From Bdellovibrionota bacterium (GTDB taxonomy: Bacteria; Bdellovibrionota; UBA1018; CAUJDS01): a DNA stretch of 32,000 bases. The position numbers and the translations under genes are program-made. Location: positions 14,452-46,451 of the forward strand of contig CAUJDS010000076.1 in assembly GCA_963169695.1 (NCBI GenBank), given 5' to 3'. The stretch's first letter is position 1. Each line of letters begins with the position of its first letter. Under the pieces are notes generated by a model that ran no database searches, was not told the origin of the DNA, and saw only the letters and a program-made list of their open reading frames with translations. Below, piece by piece: positions 30,511 to 32,000 of the stretch.

Positions 30511-31923
30511 ATGAAATCGTTTCTCCTAGGGCTTATGGCTTTTGTCTTTTTTGCGCAATCCCCAGCTTATGCTGAGCCACCTTTTCTTCAGGTCTCAGTA
30601 GAGACGGAGCCGGCGACGCTTGACTGGCATCGCTACCGTTCTTCTAGTGACCGATTCATCGTGTCTTTTTTGATGCGAGGATTGATGAAGTATTCTGCAA
30701 CAGGACAGGCTGAATGCGATCTCTGCCTGTCCTACCAAGTTGACGCCACCGGAAAGAACTATGAATTTCGAATCGCTCCCATGGAAAGGTGGTCGGACGG
30801 AGTACCTCTTGAAGCTAAGCATTTTGTCGACTCCTTTCAACGTCTTCTCGATTCCCAAAAGCATTTCCCAGCTGCAGGTCCTTTTGCCATCATTAGCAAG
30901 GTCAAAGCAACCGGCTCTCACACCGTTCAGATTCAACTCAAATCTTCCAAAAAGGAATTTCTGGATCTCCTCACATTGACTCCTTCGTTTCCCATTCGGA
31001 AGGATCTTATTTCGAATGCCAAGAATGATCGCGGTGAGAAAATGGCACAAACAGCGACCCTTGGACCCTATTTCTTAGCGGAATGGGATTACGGAAAGCG
31101 AATCGTATTAGAGGGTAATCCATTTTATATGGGCGACCGCCCCGTGTTTCGTGTGGATCTCCTCTTTGGAAGTCACCAAGAAAGCGTCGCACGATTCAAA
31201 GAAGGCAAGTTGGATGTGCTTTCCAATCCAACGACTGAAGAAATTATGAGCCTTTCCGGATCCAAGCTCGAAACTCGCCCGCTCTGGTCCACGCGATTTC
31301 TCTCTCTCAATACCAAGAGCGGTCCCCTCCAGGATGCGAGCATGCGCAAAGCTGTTTCCTACAGCCTTGAGCGTGCCAACCTTAGCGCCTTGTTAAAAAA
31401 CGGCGAGAGGCCGCCACTCGGACTTCTTCCACCAGGAATTCCGGGCTACCCACTTCTCACTTCCGCCCCGCCGTTTGACCTCACCAAGGCCCAAGCCGAA
31501 CGTCACCGCGCCGTAGCGTGGCCGAAGGAAGTAGAAGTCACGCTCCTCCATTCGGACCAAGACACCGACCAGAAAGTTGCATTGTGGCTCATTGAGGCAC
31601 TGAAGAAGGTTCACATCAAGGTTTCTCCAAAGAAGGTTGCGACTCGCGATTTCTTCGAAGCCCTCGCCAAACAAAACCACGACCTCGCACTGGTAACTTG
31701 GATCTTTCAGACGGCCACCTCAGAGGACCTTTCTCAGTTGCTTGGACAGAAGGATGGAACCGCTTCTTCCCAAATGGCCAAAACAGCTGAGGTTGACAAA
31801 AATGCCGTGATCACCCTGGGGTATCCGTCGCAGTCCTATTTATTGGGGCGAAGGGTACAGAGTTTTGAAGTGACGCCCTATGGTGAACCAGATTTGGTCA
31901 AGATTTCGCTTCCTCAAAACTAG
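30511..31923 (+). CDS. ABC transporter substrate-binding protein, family 5 (peptide/nickel type)
   Basis: ATG 30511 gives signal peptide MKSFLLGLMAFVFFAQSPAYA. Family-5 N-lobe pattern (TLDWHRY...SFLMRGLMKY...YEFRIAPMERWSDGVPLEAKHFVDSFQRLLD; LGPYFLAEWDYGKRIVLEGNPFY). Confidence 0.85.
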   Translation: MKSFLLGLMAFVFFAQSPAYAEPPFLQVSVETEPATLDWHRYRSSSDRFIVSFLMRGLMKYSATGQAECDLCLSYQVDATGKNYEFRIAPMERWSDGVPLEAKHFVDSFQRLLDSQKHFPAAGPFAIISKVKATGSHTVQIQLKSSKKEFLDLLTLTPSFPIRKDLISNAKNDRGEKMAQTATLGPYFLAEWDYGKRIVLEGNPFYMGDRPVFRVDLLFGSHQESVARFKEGKLDVLSNPTTEEIMSLSGSKLETRPLWSTRFLSLNTKSGPLQDASMRKAVSYSLERANLSALLKNGERPPLGLLPPGIPGYPLLTSAPPFDLTKAQAERHRAVAWPKEVEVTLLHSDQDTDQKVALWLIEALKKVHIKVSPKKVATRDFFEALAKQNHDLALVTWIFQTATSEDLSQLLGQKDGTASSQMAKTAEVDKNAVITLGYPSQSYLLGRRVQSFEVTPYGEPDLVKISLPQN

Positions 31924-32000
31924 GCGCCACCGACCATCTTCAAAATGGACAAGCCGAGGATTTTCAGTTATTTCAAGAAGTTCATTCAGTCCAATAGACC

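Noticed and set aside
31945-32000. Possible start of a plus-strand gene after the substrate-binding protein (MDKPRIFSYFKKFIQSNR...)
   Set aside because: Only 18 codons are visible before the window ends. This is too little to support a call, although an ABC permease would be expected here.
1-32000. Search for tRNA, rRNA, CRISPR repeats, IS elements and long direct or inverted repeats
   Set aside because: None were seen by eye. The only sizeable internal similarity is between the two flagellin paralogues.

Overview
This 32-kb window is a compact chromosomal segment at roughly 45-50% GC by eye. I found no rRNA, tRNA, CRISPR array, transposase or prophage signature. The gene content suggests a Bdellovibrio-like (Bdellovibrionota) organism, but that is an inference only: multiple short flagellins, MJ0042-type zinc-ribbon proteins, an S46-like peptidase and a 2TM-HAMP protein. 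The left third is a late flagellar region on the minus strand. It holds flaG, an lpxH-like gene, fliD, fliS and two coupled unknown ORFs. It also holds two tandem flagellin genes, each with its own sigma28 (FliA)-type promoter, plus lipoprotein genes and a large S46-peptidase-like secreted protein. The centre (11.35-18.57 kb, plus strand) is the most interesting part. It is a seven-gene, tightly overlapping operon behind a sigma28-like promoter. In order it encodes an outer-membrane beta-barrel with a FlgO/CsgG/LpoB-like domain, a TPR lipoprotein, and a 770-aa bitopic membrane protein whose cytoplasmic half looks like full-length FliG. These are followed by a stand-alone cyclic-nucleotide-binding protein, MotA, MotB and a zinc-ribbon-TM-SH3b protein. 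I propose it as a candidate undescribed stator-associated or trans-envelope motor module. The right half is mostly housekeeping. It contains an ArnT-like GT-C glycosyltransferase, an M14 peptidase, DedA, XerC/D, TrmFO and a lipoprotein. It also contains prs-pth-ychF, an Slt-type lytic transglycosylase, a HAMP-only protein, a 2Fe-2S ferredoxin and a family-5 ABC substrate-binding protein. All family assignments come from motif recognition by eye and from recalled consensus sequences. No searches were run.
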